Source: Isurus oxyrinchus (lineage: Eukaryota). From it: a stretch of 64,000 nt of DNA. The stretch lies in NCBI GenBank assembly GCA_026770705.1, contig JANJGN010000013.1, positions 57,660,001 through 57,724,000 on the forward strand, in the 5' to 3' direction. This document shows positions 39,401 through 50,800 of the stretch, piece after piece (the stretch's first letter is position 1; every line of letters starts with the position of its first letter). Position numbers and translations under genes: made by a program. The notes beneath the pieces were generated by a model, which did no database searches, was not told where the DNA came from, and saw nothing but the letters and a program-made list of their open reading frames with translations.

Positions 39401-39505
39401 TTGAAGGGTGACGCTGTATTTTAAGGGAATTCAAGAAAGTAAAATATTCAATCCAGTTTTTAGACTATTAAGATTGGACCTTTTTCATTGTTTTATATTT
39501 TTTAG
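36470..39505 (+). other. paralogous J-C intron of cluster 3 (collinear with ~720-3157)
   Basis: Collinear matches, e.g. GTTGAATGTCA(A/T)TGCTA at 777/36521, AGTGTGGC...TTGCTGCAACT at ~1167/37209, TTGCACTTTGCTGCT at ~1470/37469, and CAGATATTTC at ~1749/37741. Confidence 0.85.
36632..36950 (+). mobile_element. tRNA-derived SINE with CR1-like tail
   Basis: A box TGGCATAGTGG, B box GGTTCAAATCC, 3' CCAGCGACGCTCACATCCC plus A-tail. A second, decayed copy lies at ~46230-46440. Confidence 0.85.
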
Positions 39506-39797
39506 ACCCACGGAGTCCTTCCACCATCATCGGATCAAATCACAGCAAAGAACACGGCGACTCTGGTGTGTTTGGTGATCTGTGGAAATTGAATGGATAA
39601 TAGATGGTAGTATCAGAGAGAATGGTATTGAGCCCAGTCGGATCCAGAAGGAGACGGACAACACTTTCAATGTTAGCAGTTATCCGACGCTGTCAGCCTC
39701 AGAGTGGAACTCACACGAGCTTTACTCCCTTCTGGTTACGTACGAGACTCAGGCAAACCAGCTTTAAAGAACTATTGCCATATGCAGATGTATCTGA
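39506..39797 (+). pseudogene. Ig light chain constant exon, cluster 3, decayed
   Basis: Acceptor TTTTAG, then PR..LPPSSDQITAKNTATLVCLV [deletion] VEIEWIIDGS...SEWNSHELYSLLV (second Cys lost). Premature TAA at 39765, ancestral TGA at 39795; AATAAA at 40035. Confidence 0.93.
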
Positions 39798-42700
39798 TTT
39801 AAGACTTTTATGCATTTATCTGTTGTATTATTAGAGAAGCTTCTTTAAAACTAAATCCTTGAATCTTTAAAACTAAATCCTTGAATCAGCTGTTGCATGT
39901 TGGATTTTAAATGGAACATTTCAAATCACGATAGTTGTACCGTTTTGTCGGCTGCAACCCGCTTTCTGTATTTTTCAGTGTGTTCACCTTGAAATCGTCA
40001 AAGCTTCAGTGTAATGTTACAAATATCGCATTGCAATAAACTATCTGTTCCATTATCTCAGGTGCCGACATTCCTTTCTGCCCGATATCCCTGAAGCCAT
40101 TCATGGCAACGTTCTAAATTTAACTAAAGAGTTACGTTAATTCCTTATGACATTCGATACACTTCTTGTGCATTCAGTGTCATTAGGCGGAATAGAGAAA
40201 TTATATACAAGATTCATGGCTTTAATGTAACATTTCGTGAAAGTAATCTTACAATATATATTTTTAAATAGACCTAACGGGTTTGTGCCCGTACAGGAAA
40301 GGAGCTGAATGCTGTGTCCGTGCTTATGGCAAGAATTCAAGGCATGTTGGGAAAATAGTTCGAAATCATCTGGCTATACAAATTCAGAGTAAACACTGTA
40401 CTTGCCACATTTTTGGACACCCAGGACCTAATCCCGTGGTGCAGTTTCCAACATTGCATGACTTTATTTTTCCAAAACTATCCGACAATTTTAATCATTG
40501 TTCATCATGGTTATATTGAAATAAGTGCCATGATAGTCAGTGGAACGATCTGAACTACAGATTATGTAGAGCCTTTAATTGAAACCAACTCAGATAAGAA
40601 ATGTGTTTTTAAAATTCTGCTTTCACTGATCACGAACTCAATACAGCATCCCTTAAGTATATATTCCTCCTTCTTCGGACTGATTGTGGAATACAAAATA
40701 TAAATCGCTAAAAGTCGCAACACAAGTTGCGAAGGCCATCTCAAGTGCAAAGAAAAGAATACGTTCGTTAATTTCTAATGACCTAGCACACAAGGTAGGG
40801 TTTTTAGTGAGATTTATATGCTATCCACAATGCGAAAATTACAGTGAAGGACTGGAGAAGGTTTGGACAATATTTGCAAATTTGTTACCAGAATTGGGAT
40901 GACGTATCTGACAGGTAAATCGAGCAGGTTGGATGGATTCTTCTCTGGAAAAGTGGTGACTGTGGACCTTTAATCGGGAGCTTTACTATTATGAGAAACT
41001 GCGAAGCGGCGGACATAGAAAAACAGTTTACATTGTTGGGGAGTCCCGACCAAGGATTGACAAAGCAACGATAGCCACCTACGCATTAAAATAATTTGTT
41101 TAGGTGAAACAATGTGTTGGTATTTGGATGGGAGGTAGAGAGAGAAGGAAGTGACTGAAGTTTCATCTTCTGATTACCTGGATGTGGCAAATGGATTTCT
41201 GAAGGATCAGTTCATGCCCCTCAGTTTTTTACCATGGTTTGGATGAAGGCCGAGAGCGTTGTACATGGATCGCTACAGATGGTGCAATGTTAAGAGTCGC
41301 AGTGAGTTGCGTGACTCCACGGTGGAAATCCCATGGATAGATGAAGTAAATTTTCAAGATTATGGCAGGCGCCGTTCAACGGGGAGGAGGGAGGAGCGAT
41401 ACATTTGGGGGTGGGGGCGGATGAACTCCTCCAGTTTGAACCTAAAATAAAGAAATCTTTACTTAATGTTGAGAGACCAGGAACTGTGGATCAGAGAACG
41501 GATTTGGCTGTTCATATAAGCAAAACGCCGAAAACTAGCCGACAGATGCAAACAGTAAACAAAACGGTAAATATAATGTTGGCGTTTATTACAAAGGGGT
41601 TGGAACTAAAATGCGAGGAAGTAATGCTTCTCCTTCACAGAATCTCAGCCAGATTACATCCGGAGTTTGGCATTCAGTTTTCGGCGCCAAAACAGATGAA
41701 ATATATATTGGTCTTTGAAAGGATCCAGTGCAAATTCATTAAAAGTTATCTTTATTTTAAGTGCTGAACTGTGAGGACAGATTTCAAAGACGTGGCTGGA
41801 GCTTCTTGACTTTTAGGCTGGAGGATTGATCTAATCCAAGTATTTAAAATGATTAACCAATGAGTGTTACGGAGACTATTTCTACTCCGTGACGCGATCC
41901 AAAAAAAGAGGGATGAAATTTAAATATACTGTGAAATCAGGAAGTACTCACAGACACATGGTAGGTGAAATCTGAAGTGCCTCCCGCAAAGGCTATGGAT
42001 AATGGGTCAATGGACTGAACTCAGTAGATCTTTATTACGTTAAGAGTATCAAGAGATATAGAACAAAGAAATGAAAGAGAGCTTCAGATCAAACATGATT
42101 GAACGGCGAATGCGGAGCTGAATTGCTTGTTTCCACGCTGCGAATTCTCTGCATTTGCATACAACGAGAATCTATTTCAATAACAGAATAGCATCACATT
42201 CTATTCAGTGCCAATAATCCGTATTGATCTGCACTTAGGTGTGGACATACACGAATCTTGAGAGTTGTTTTCAATCATAATTCAATTATTCCGCCCCCAT
42301 CTGAAATAAACCGGAAATGCACTCGAGATATTTTTGTGGCTCATTTGGCTGCCATCCACAGGTGCAGCAACACAGCCAACAATTTAATCGGGTCGCCGTG
42401 GGGCCACACCTGGAGTACTGTGCATATTAGTTTTGGTCTCCTTACCTAAGGAAAGATGTACCTGACTCACAGGGAGATAATAGAGTTTCAACAGATGTAT
42501 CCCAGGATTTAAAGGATTGTCCTATAAGGAGTGATTGTGTAGATTTAGCCTGTATTTTCTAGTATTTAGATGAATGAGAGGTGATCTCATTGAAACATTT
42601 AAAATGTTTAAGCTGCTTGAAAGGTAGGTGACAGGAGGCTTTCTCATTTCTGCTGAGTCTAGAAAGAGCAGGCCGTTTAGACTGAGATGAAGAGAAATTT

Positions 42701-43274
42701 CGTCACTCAACGAGTAGTGGTCTTTAGGCTGCTTTATCCCAGGACGCTAAGAATGCTTAGTAGTTGAATATATTCAAGGCAGGGAGCGATAGATTTTTAC
42801 ATACTGGAGGAATCATGGGATTGGGGATAGGACGCGAAAATGGAATTGAGGTAGAATATCCACGATGCTACCCAATGGCGGACCAGGCTTGAGGGTCTGA
42901 ATGGCCCACTTTCTAACATTTAAAATAATTGGCAAACCTTTGATTTACTACTGAGGACAAATCTTTCCACCTGTGCGCGTTGCCAAATATAAAGGCCTGA
43001 AATATAATGTAGCTATTCATAAATCCAATAAAAGATTTTAGGACGAACTTCACAGAGTACTTAGAACGCTGCATTAGTTAACACGTTTAGACGAAAAAAA
43101 AGGTGCATGATGCACGTGAGGTCGATGCTCCTCGCGAGAACTAGCCGAAATGCATAAGTTAAGAGGGGAATAAGCCCACTCGGGCTTATATTTTTTCAGT
43201 TCCTAATTATACTTTGAATCCCGTATGCATGTATTTCAGCTGGTGAGAAAGACTCACTTTCTCCTTCATCAATA

Positions 43275-43585
43275 TATAAGAAATGAAAAAACAAAAACAG
43301 AATTACCTGGAAAAACTCAGCAGGTCTGGCAGCATCGGCGGAGAAGAAAAGAGTTGACCTTTCGAGTCCTCATGACCCTTCGAAAGAACTTGATTTCGAG
43401 TCCAAGAAAGAGTTTCAACTCTTGGACTCGAAATCAAGATCTGTCGAAGGGTCATGAGGACTCGAAAGGTCAACTCTTTTCTTCTCCGCCGATGCTGCCA
43501 GACCTGCTGAGTTTTTCCAGGTAATTCTGTTTTTGTTTTGGATTTCCAGCATCCGCAGTTTTTTTTTGTTTTTATAAGAAATGAA
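43275..43585. mobile_element. palindromic Penelope-terminus insertion with 13-bp TSD
   Basis: TATAAGAAATGAA at 43275-43287 and 43573-43585; ~115-bp inverted arms. Confidence 0.9.
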
Positions 43586-44015
43586 TCCGGATTTATCTTC
43601 GCTTCTAGATGTTATGAATAATTTAATCTGATTTGGATATTCTAACAAAAGGGCTCATTCTGTGTGAATGGTTCATTGTAAATAAAAAGGCTGAGTAAGT
43701 TAAGCAGATATATCGTCAAATATTTTAATTGATTTTCTCAAACTACAAATGTAGTTCCCTATAAATGAATCAACTGATTTGGCCGCTGCGAAATGACCAA
43801 TATTTAGCAATGTTCAGTTGAATGTATATTGGTACAGCTTGTCTTGATCGTGGGTATCACAATGGCGAATTTCCAAATCTCTAGCACTTCCCCTGTATTT
43901 AGACAAAATTGGGAGAGTACCTCAAGCCCTTCGATATCTCCACCCCTAATTCCCTTAGCAACATGGGGTGCAAGCCGTTCGGAGCAGGTGACTTATTCAC
44001 TCTATGCACAACCAG

Positions 44016-44228
44016 CCTTTCCAGTACATAAAAACAAAGAAAACTGCGGATGCTGGAAATCCAAAACAAAAACAGAATTACCTGGAAAAACTCAGCAGGT
44101 CTGGCAGCATCGATGGAGAAGAAAAGAGTTGACGTTTCGAGTCCTCATGACCCTTCGACAGAGACATGAGGACTCGAAACGTCAACTCTTTTCTTCTCCA
44201 TCGATGCTGCCAGACCTTTCCAGTACAT
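44016..44228. mobile_element. palindromic Penelope-terminus insertion with 14-bp TSD
   Basis: CCTTTCCAGTACAT at 44016-44029 and 44215-44228. Confidence 0.9.
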
Positions 44229-46519
44229 CCTGCCTATTAGTTGTCACCCCAACCATCACCTTCCCCATCTCTGCATCTACTGACATTTTCTCCTTCTTAG
44301 CAAACAGAAGGATAAAGTATTCATCAACTTTTCTAGCCGTGCTCTGGGCCTCTAGGCATATATCACCTTCTTTATCTATAATAGGCCTCACCCCACCTCC
44401 TACTACCCCCTAGTGTTTGCACACCTTTAGGTGATTCTTCGGTTACCTTTTTGTTAATTGCCATTGTATCCTCATGTTCTGTCCCTGCTTTTCCTCTTCA
44501 CTTCCCCTCTCAACTTAAACATTTGGCTCTCGCTAGGAGAATCGACCTCACGTGCATTGCATCCCCTGTTTTTCGTCTAAATGTGTTAATTAGTGCAACA
44601 TTCTAAGTAATTGCTGAAGTTCGTCCTAAAAGTTTTATTGGATGTATGAATAACAACATTATATTTAAGACTTTAGAATTGGCATCGCGCACAAGTGGAA
44701 AGATTTGCCCCAGTAGTAACTCAAAGATTTGTCAATTATTTTAAATGCCAGAAAGGCATTACGGCTGCACTGAACCTATGAATGCTTTGGTGCAACGCTC
44801 ATTGTTGAAACAATCAATTATACAAACATGCGAACATACGAATTAGGAGCAGGGATAGGTCACTCGGCCCCTCGAGCCTCCTCCGCCATTCAACCCCTTA
44901 TTTTTAAACAGTGGCCCCAATTTCTAGATTCTCCCACAAGAGGAAACATCCTTTCCACATCCATCCTGTCAAATCCTCTCAGGACCATATATGCTTCAAT
45001 CAAACCGCCTCTTAGTCTTCTTAACTCCAAGACTAGCCCGACCAGCCTTTCCTCATAAGACAACCCGCCTATTCCAGGTATTCATCCAGTAAACTTCTGA
45101 ACTGATTCCAATGCATTTACATCTTTCTTTAAATAAGGAGGCCAATACCATACACAGTGCTCCCGATGTGGTCTCACCAGTGTCCTATATAACTGAAGCA
45201 TAATCTCCCTACTGTCATATTCAATTTCCTTTGCGATAATTGATAACATTCTATTAGCTTTGCTAATTACTTGTTGCACCTGCATACCAACCATTTGCGA
45301 TTCATGCACTAGGACACCCAGATCCCTCTGCCTCTCAGAGTTCTGCAATCTCTCGTCATCTATATAGTATGATTCTTTTTCACTCGTCCTGCCAAAATGG
45401 ACAACCTCACATTATATTAGTCAAAACATATAAATTTGGACGCCAGAGATAAATTAATTTAGTGGTTATATTAACATAGTTCAAAGTCATATTCATCTAT
45501 TTTCTTCTTGTAGGATATTCCTGGTGTCCACGCAAGATTAACTAAGCCCGGCGAGTTCTCAGCATGTAATACCAAATAATTAGTAAAAGCGAACATAATG
45601 ATGCAGCTGGATGCAGAACGCTTGGAACCTATTAATTCGGACATTATGTGACATACGCTATTTTACCAGTATGTGGCAATGCCCCACAGCCATCATTCAA
45701 TATTCTCTTTAATGTGGCTTTCTTCATGAAAATAATAAGTAACATTTCTTGATTATTAATTCGCAGGCGTAACAACTGAAACTCGGGTATGTGGGCTCCA
45801 AACTAGCTATGATTCTTACATAAACCTTGTGATACTTTTGAAACTGTATTTGACTGACACGGCCTGGCCATTTCTCCTTCTCCTGCGGCGTTCGAACGGC
45901 CGAATCTGAACCATGTGGTAAACCTCTATCACAGAGAACATATTCTCATAATGCACAGATATTTGTACTGATATGCATTATTAAACTAATTTCGTGTTAA
46001 TTTATACACTATCCTACATTTAGTACTTAAAAAGAACATGTTACTAAAATACGTTCCCACTGTTTTCACTGATAAAGGTATTGCTAACGTGACCCTTATC
46101 ATTGTTAGCATTACTCCAAAGATTGATCCCAGTAAAGATACTGCGGAAATTATATTTGTCAGGATGAGGGCGGTTATGGCTGTTCGCCGTGCTGGGCCTG
46201 ACTTTATCCAACTCTGTTAATAAGAGTAGACGGTGGCGTAGTGGTATTAACACTGGAATTGTAATCTAGATTCCCAGAGCAATAGTCTAGGGACGCGAGT
46301 TCGATGGTGGAATTTGAATTCAAATTGATCTGGGATCGACTAGTCCTTAACTGGTCTGGCCAGTTGATGTGACTCCAAATCCGCCATAATGTGGTCGATG
46401 CTTAAATAGCCGAGCAAACCACTCAGTTAAAATCGGACAGCCCATCTGCCAAGTCACCTGTCGACCTTGTCCCAAAATTGGGAGGACTAGTCAAGCAACA
46501 GCCTGTCCTAGTCGTATTT

Positions 46520-47840
46520 CTATAGCAGAAGCAAAACAGTCAGATTAGCTTCGTTAGGGAGAGATCGTGTTTTACTAATTTAAAAGAATTTTTTGAGGAA
46601 GTAACAAGGAGGATGGATGAGGGTAGTGCAATGAATGTTGTCTACATGGATTTTAGTAAGGCATTTGACAAGGTCCCACATGGCAGATTGGGTCAGAAAA
46701 GGGAGATCTCATAGGATGCATGGGAAGGTGGCAGGTTGGATCCAAAGTTGGCTTAGCGACAGGAAACAAAGGGCGATTGTCAATGGATGTTTTTGCAAAT
46801 GGAAAAAAGTTTCCAATGGGTGTTCCACAGGGCTCAGTGTTGGGGTCTTTGCTGTTTGTTGCATATATTAATGATTTGGATATAAATGTGGAAGGTATGA
46901 TTGGGAAATTTGCAGATGGCACAAAAATTGGCTGTGTAGTTGATAGTGAAGAGGATAGCTGTTGTCTCCAGTATGATATCAATGGTGTGGCTGAGTGAGC
47001 GCAGGAAAGTGGTAAATGGAATTCAATCTGGAAAAGTGTGAGATAATACATTTGGGGAGAACAAACAAAGCAAGGGAATACTCAATTAACGGGAGGATAT
47101 TGAGAAAGGTTGAGGAATTGAGAGGCTTTGAAGTACATGTCCACAGGTCCATGAAGGTGTCAGGGCAGGTGGATAAGCTGGTAAAGAAAGCATATGGAAT
47201 GCTTTCCTTTATTGGATGTGGTATTGATTACAAGAACAGGTATAATAATGGAACTATATAAAATGCTGGAAAGGGCACAGCTGGAATTTTGTGTACAGTT
47301 CTGGTCATCACATTACAGGAGGGACATAATTGATCTGGAGACAGTACAAAGAATATTTACAAAAATGCCGCCAGAGCTTGAAAATTGCAACTATGAGGAG
47401 AGATTGGATAGGCTAGGGTTGGTTTCCTTTGAATAGAGGAGGCTGGTGATTGACCTAAATGAGGCTTACAAAATTATGAGGGCCTGGATAGGGTAGACAG
47501 GAAAGACTTATTTCCCTTAGCTGAGAGGTCAATTACCAGAGGACATAGATTTAAGCTGATTGGTAGAAGGAATAGAGGGGACATGAGGAAAACGTTTTCA
47601 AACAGTGGACAGTGGACATCTGGAATTCACTGCCTAAATTGGTGGTTGAGGCTGAAACACTCAACTCATTTAAACGTTACCTGGATCTGCATTGAAGCAC
47701 TGTAACCTGCAAGGCTTACAGATCAGGTATTGGAAAGTGGAGTTAAAATGAGCGGCTAGTTTTTTTCTGGCTGGCTCAGATATGATGGGCTGAATGGTCT
47801 CTATCTGCACCATGCCTTTTCTATATTCTATGGTTCTATG
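46520..47840 (+). mobile_element. CR1-type LINE RT/3' fragment
   Basis: YMDFSKAFDKVPH, GVPQGSVLG, FADGTK, MEFNLEKCEIIHLG, and (TTCTATG)-type tail. Confidence 0.9.
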
Positions 47841-50800
47841 GTCCTGGATGATGTAGAATTTCTTGAGTGTTGTTGAAGCTGTACTCATCTCGGCAAGCGG
47901 AGAGTATTCCATTGCACTCCTGACTTCTGCTGTGTAGATGGTGGACAGGCTTTGAGGAGTCAAGAGTTGAGTTACTTGCCGCAGGATCCCTAGACTCTGA
48001 CCTGCTCTTCTAGACACAATATTTATTTGGTTAGCCCTGATCAGTTTCTGGTCAATGGTCAAGTAGCGTGTTAAAGGAGTACAGAGAAGTGGAGTCATGA
48101 AGAGGTTTGTGGAAAGAGTTCCAAAGCTTCTGAACTAGATGTGTTTGAGTGAAGGAAGTAGGAGATGCCCATGTGCTCAGAGTTGGGGCACTGCAGCATT
48201 TCTACAGGGTTGTATGGCTTGAGGAGATTACAGGACTAATTAAGGGTCAGGCCATGGAAGCGTTTCAACATGAGCATAAGAATTTTAACTTCAAGGCATT
48301 GGCGAACCAGTGGTCAGATTATGTCGGCGACCACAAGAGTCATGTGAAATGCTCCAGTTTAAGAGACAGTTAATAAAAATTAGAGCAAATGCAAATGCAG
48401 GTAACATATTTTATTCGATAGGGAAATGGTTAGGAGAGAGCAGACAGAGATTTGAGATCATGGACACACATTTAAATTAGCAGAATGAGGCAATTGGTGT
48501 CCACCAGGTGTCTGTATAGAGGCTGCAACTTTTCACTATAAGTAAAAATGACTTAGTGTTGTCAGCAAATTTAAATACACAGCTCTGTCTATTCCTCCAC
48601 CTATGTTTGTTGGCACAGCATATGGGAGAAGAAAGTTGAAAACCGGCACTGATAGATTATTTGATTGGGCAGAATGCTGAATGATGCAATTTAACATGTG
48701 AAAGTCTTAGAACATCGGCATAGAAAGAAATATCAGAGTATTGTCTCAATGCAGGAAGGGCGAATTAAGAAATATGGAGTTGTGTCCTGCTCTGGGCACC
48801 TCAGAAAGGATATATTGAACTAAGATGTGATGCAATGAAGGTTCACCATAATGATACCAGGGCTTACATATTACACGATTAAGGAATGCTGCACAGCCAG
48901 TTAAGAATATTATGAGGCGATCTAATTCAGGTGTTTATGATGATTAAAAGAGCCACGAAGAAGGGGGAAAATCCGAAACTTTCAGCCAGGCCATTCAGAA
49001 GTGAAGTTTGAAAACAGTTAGTGGAATAAAGTGAAGTGAAACTCTAGAACCATTTCCACCAAAATGCTATTCAGGCAAGATAGTTTGTTTGCTTTAAAAG
49101 AGACCTGTGGATTTTTGTGAGGCAAGGTTATAAAAGATTATGGAACCAAAGTGGGTCAATGGAGTGAAGATTCAGATCAGCCATGATCTATTGATTGGTG
49201 CATCAAGGTGGCCTACTAACTTAAAAGCATTAGAAATAAGAGCAGGAATAGGCCATTTACCACCCCCCCCCCCCCCCCACCCCCCCCCCCCCCCCCCCCC
49301 CCCCCCACCCCGGAAGCACGCTCTGCCATTCAATAAGATCATGGCTGATCTGATTGTGGCTTTAACTCCACTTTCCTGCCTACCGCCTGTAACCTTTGAC
49401 TCATTTGCAGATTAAAAATTTGCCTACTTCAGACTTGAATGACTCAGTCTCCAGTATTCTCTGCAATAGCAAATTCCAAAGGTTAACAATCCTCTCAGAG
49501 TTGAAATATTTCTTCATTTCTGTCTTAAATGGGAGATCCCTTATTTTTAAACTGTGCCCCTAGTTATAGATTCCCCAGGAGGGAAGAAATCCTCTCAGCA
49601 TGCACTCTGCCAATCCCCTCAGAATTGTATACATTTCAATATAATCCTCTCTCCTTCTAAACTCCAGTGTGTGTAGGCCCCACTTGCTCATAAAACGACC
49701 TTTCATCCTCGGAATGAAGCCTGCGAGCCTTCTCTGTACTGGCTCGAATGAAAGTTTTTTGCTCCTTAAGTAAGGAGGCTAGGCCACGGAAAGGTTCTCT
49801 AGGTATGGTCTCTACAATGCCCTGTACAACCGTACTAAGACTTCCTTACTTTTATTTTCCATGCCTTTTCTATTAAAAGCTAAAATATCATTTATCTTCC
49901 AAATTACTTGATGAACCTACATGCTAACTTTTTAAGTTTCATGTACGTGGACACCTGGATCCTACTGTATCGCAGCATTAGGCAGGTTCTCTCCATTTAT
50001 ATAATATTCTGTTCTTCTGTTTCACCCACCAAAATGTGCATCCTCACATTTTCTAACATAATATTCCATCTAACGAATTTTTGCCCACTCAGTTAACCTA
50101 CATATATCCTTTTGCAGTCTCTTTGCATCCTCCTCACAATTTGCTTCCGTGCTTATCTTTGTATCGTCAGAAAATTTGGCGACAAGGCAAACGGTCCCTT
50201 CACCCATGTTATTAACATAGATTGTAATAAGCTGAAGTTCCCTGTGGCACTCTACTAGTTAAAATTTGTCAATCTCAAAATGACCCATTTATCCTGGCCC
50301 TCTGATTCCTATTTGTTAGCTAATCATTTATCCATGCTAATATACTATCCTCAAATTCCTAAGCTCATATCTTGTGTAGTAAGCTTCTATGAGGCATCTT
50401 TTTGAATCCCTTTGAAAATCCAAATACACTACCTTTGCTGGTTCCCATGTATCCAACCTGTCTGTTCCATCCTCAAAGATTCCAATAACTTTATCAAGCA
50501 TGATTTCCCTTTCATATAACCATGGTGACTCCGCTTGATTGTATTATGATATTCTAAATTCCTGTGACTACTCAATGTGTCCAGGTGAGATTTTTAACCC
50601 AACTGCATCACAGTCTCTCTCTAATGTATCATAACTTACATTGTCCCCTGTTACATCCCTACACAACTCCCTTTAAGTTAACATTATGTTTTCAGCACTA
50701 CCCCAATTATGCTATTGCTTCCTGCCAGGTTATGCATGTGCCTTGTTGTGTCTGCTCCTCCACTCTGAATTTCTTATTTTCATCTACAACTACCTCAGCA

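Larger units (their letters stand above)
42910..44755. repeat. diverged inverted repeat, arms ~42910-43175 and ~44490-44755
   Basis: E.g. TGCACGTGAGGTCGAT vs ATCGACCTCACGTGCA, TTTAGGACGAACTTCA vs TGAAGTTCGTCCTAAA, and CAAATCTTTCCAC vs GTGGAAAGATTTG. Confidence 0.9.

Noticed and set aside
39843-39887. 22-bp tandem duplication in the C3 3'UTR (also a ~31-bp one near 10001)
   Set aside because: Ordinary slippage events with no sign of function.
43225-44413. Recurrent ORFs with TELPGKTQQVWQH / MLEIQNKNRITWK peptides
   Set aside because: These are translations of the non-coding Penelope terminal repeat.
45645-45668. VTYAIL ITIM-like peptide on the + strand
   Set aside because: Short motif expected by chance; opposite strand to the putative TM exon; no clean exon.
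49261-49310. Poly-proline ORF segments (also 33930, 63945)
   Set aside because: Poly-C tracts, possibly inflated by sequencing error.
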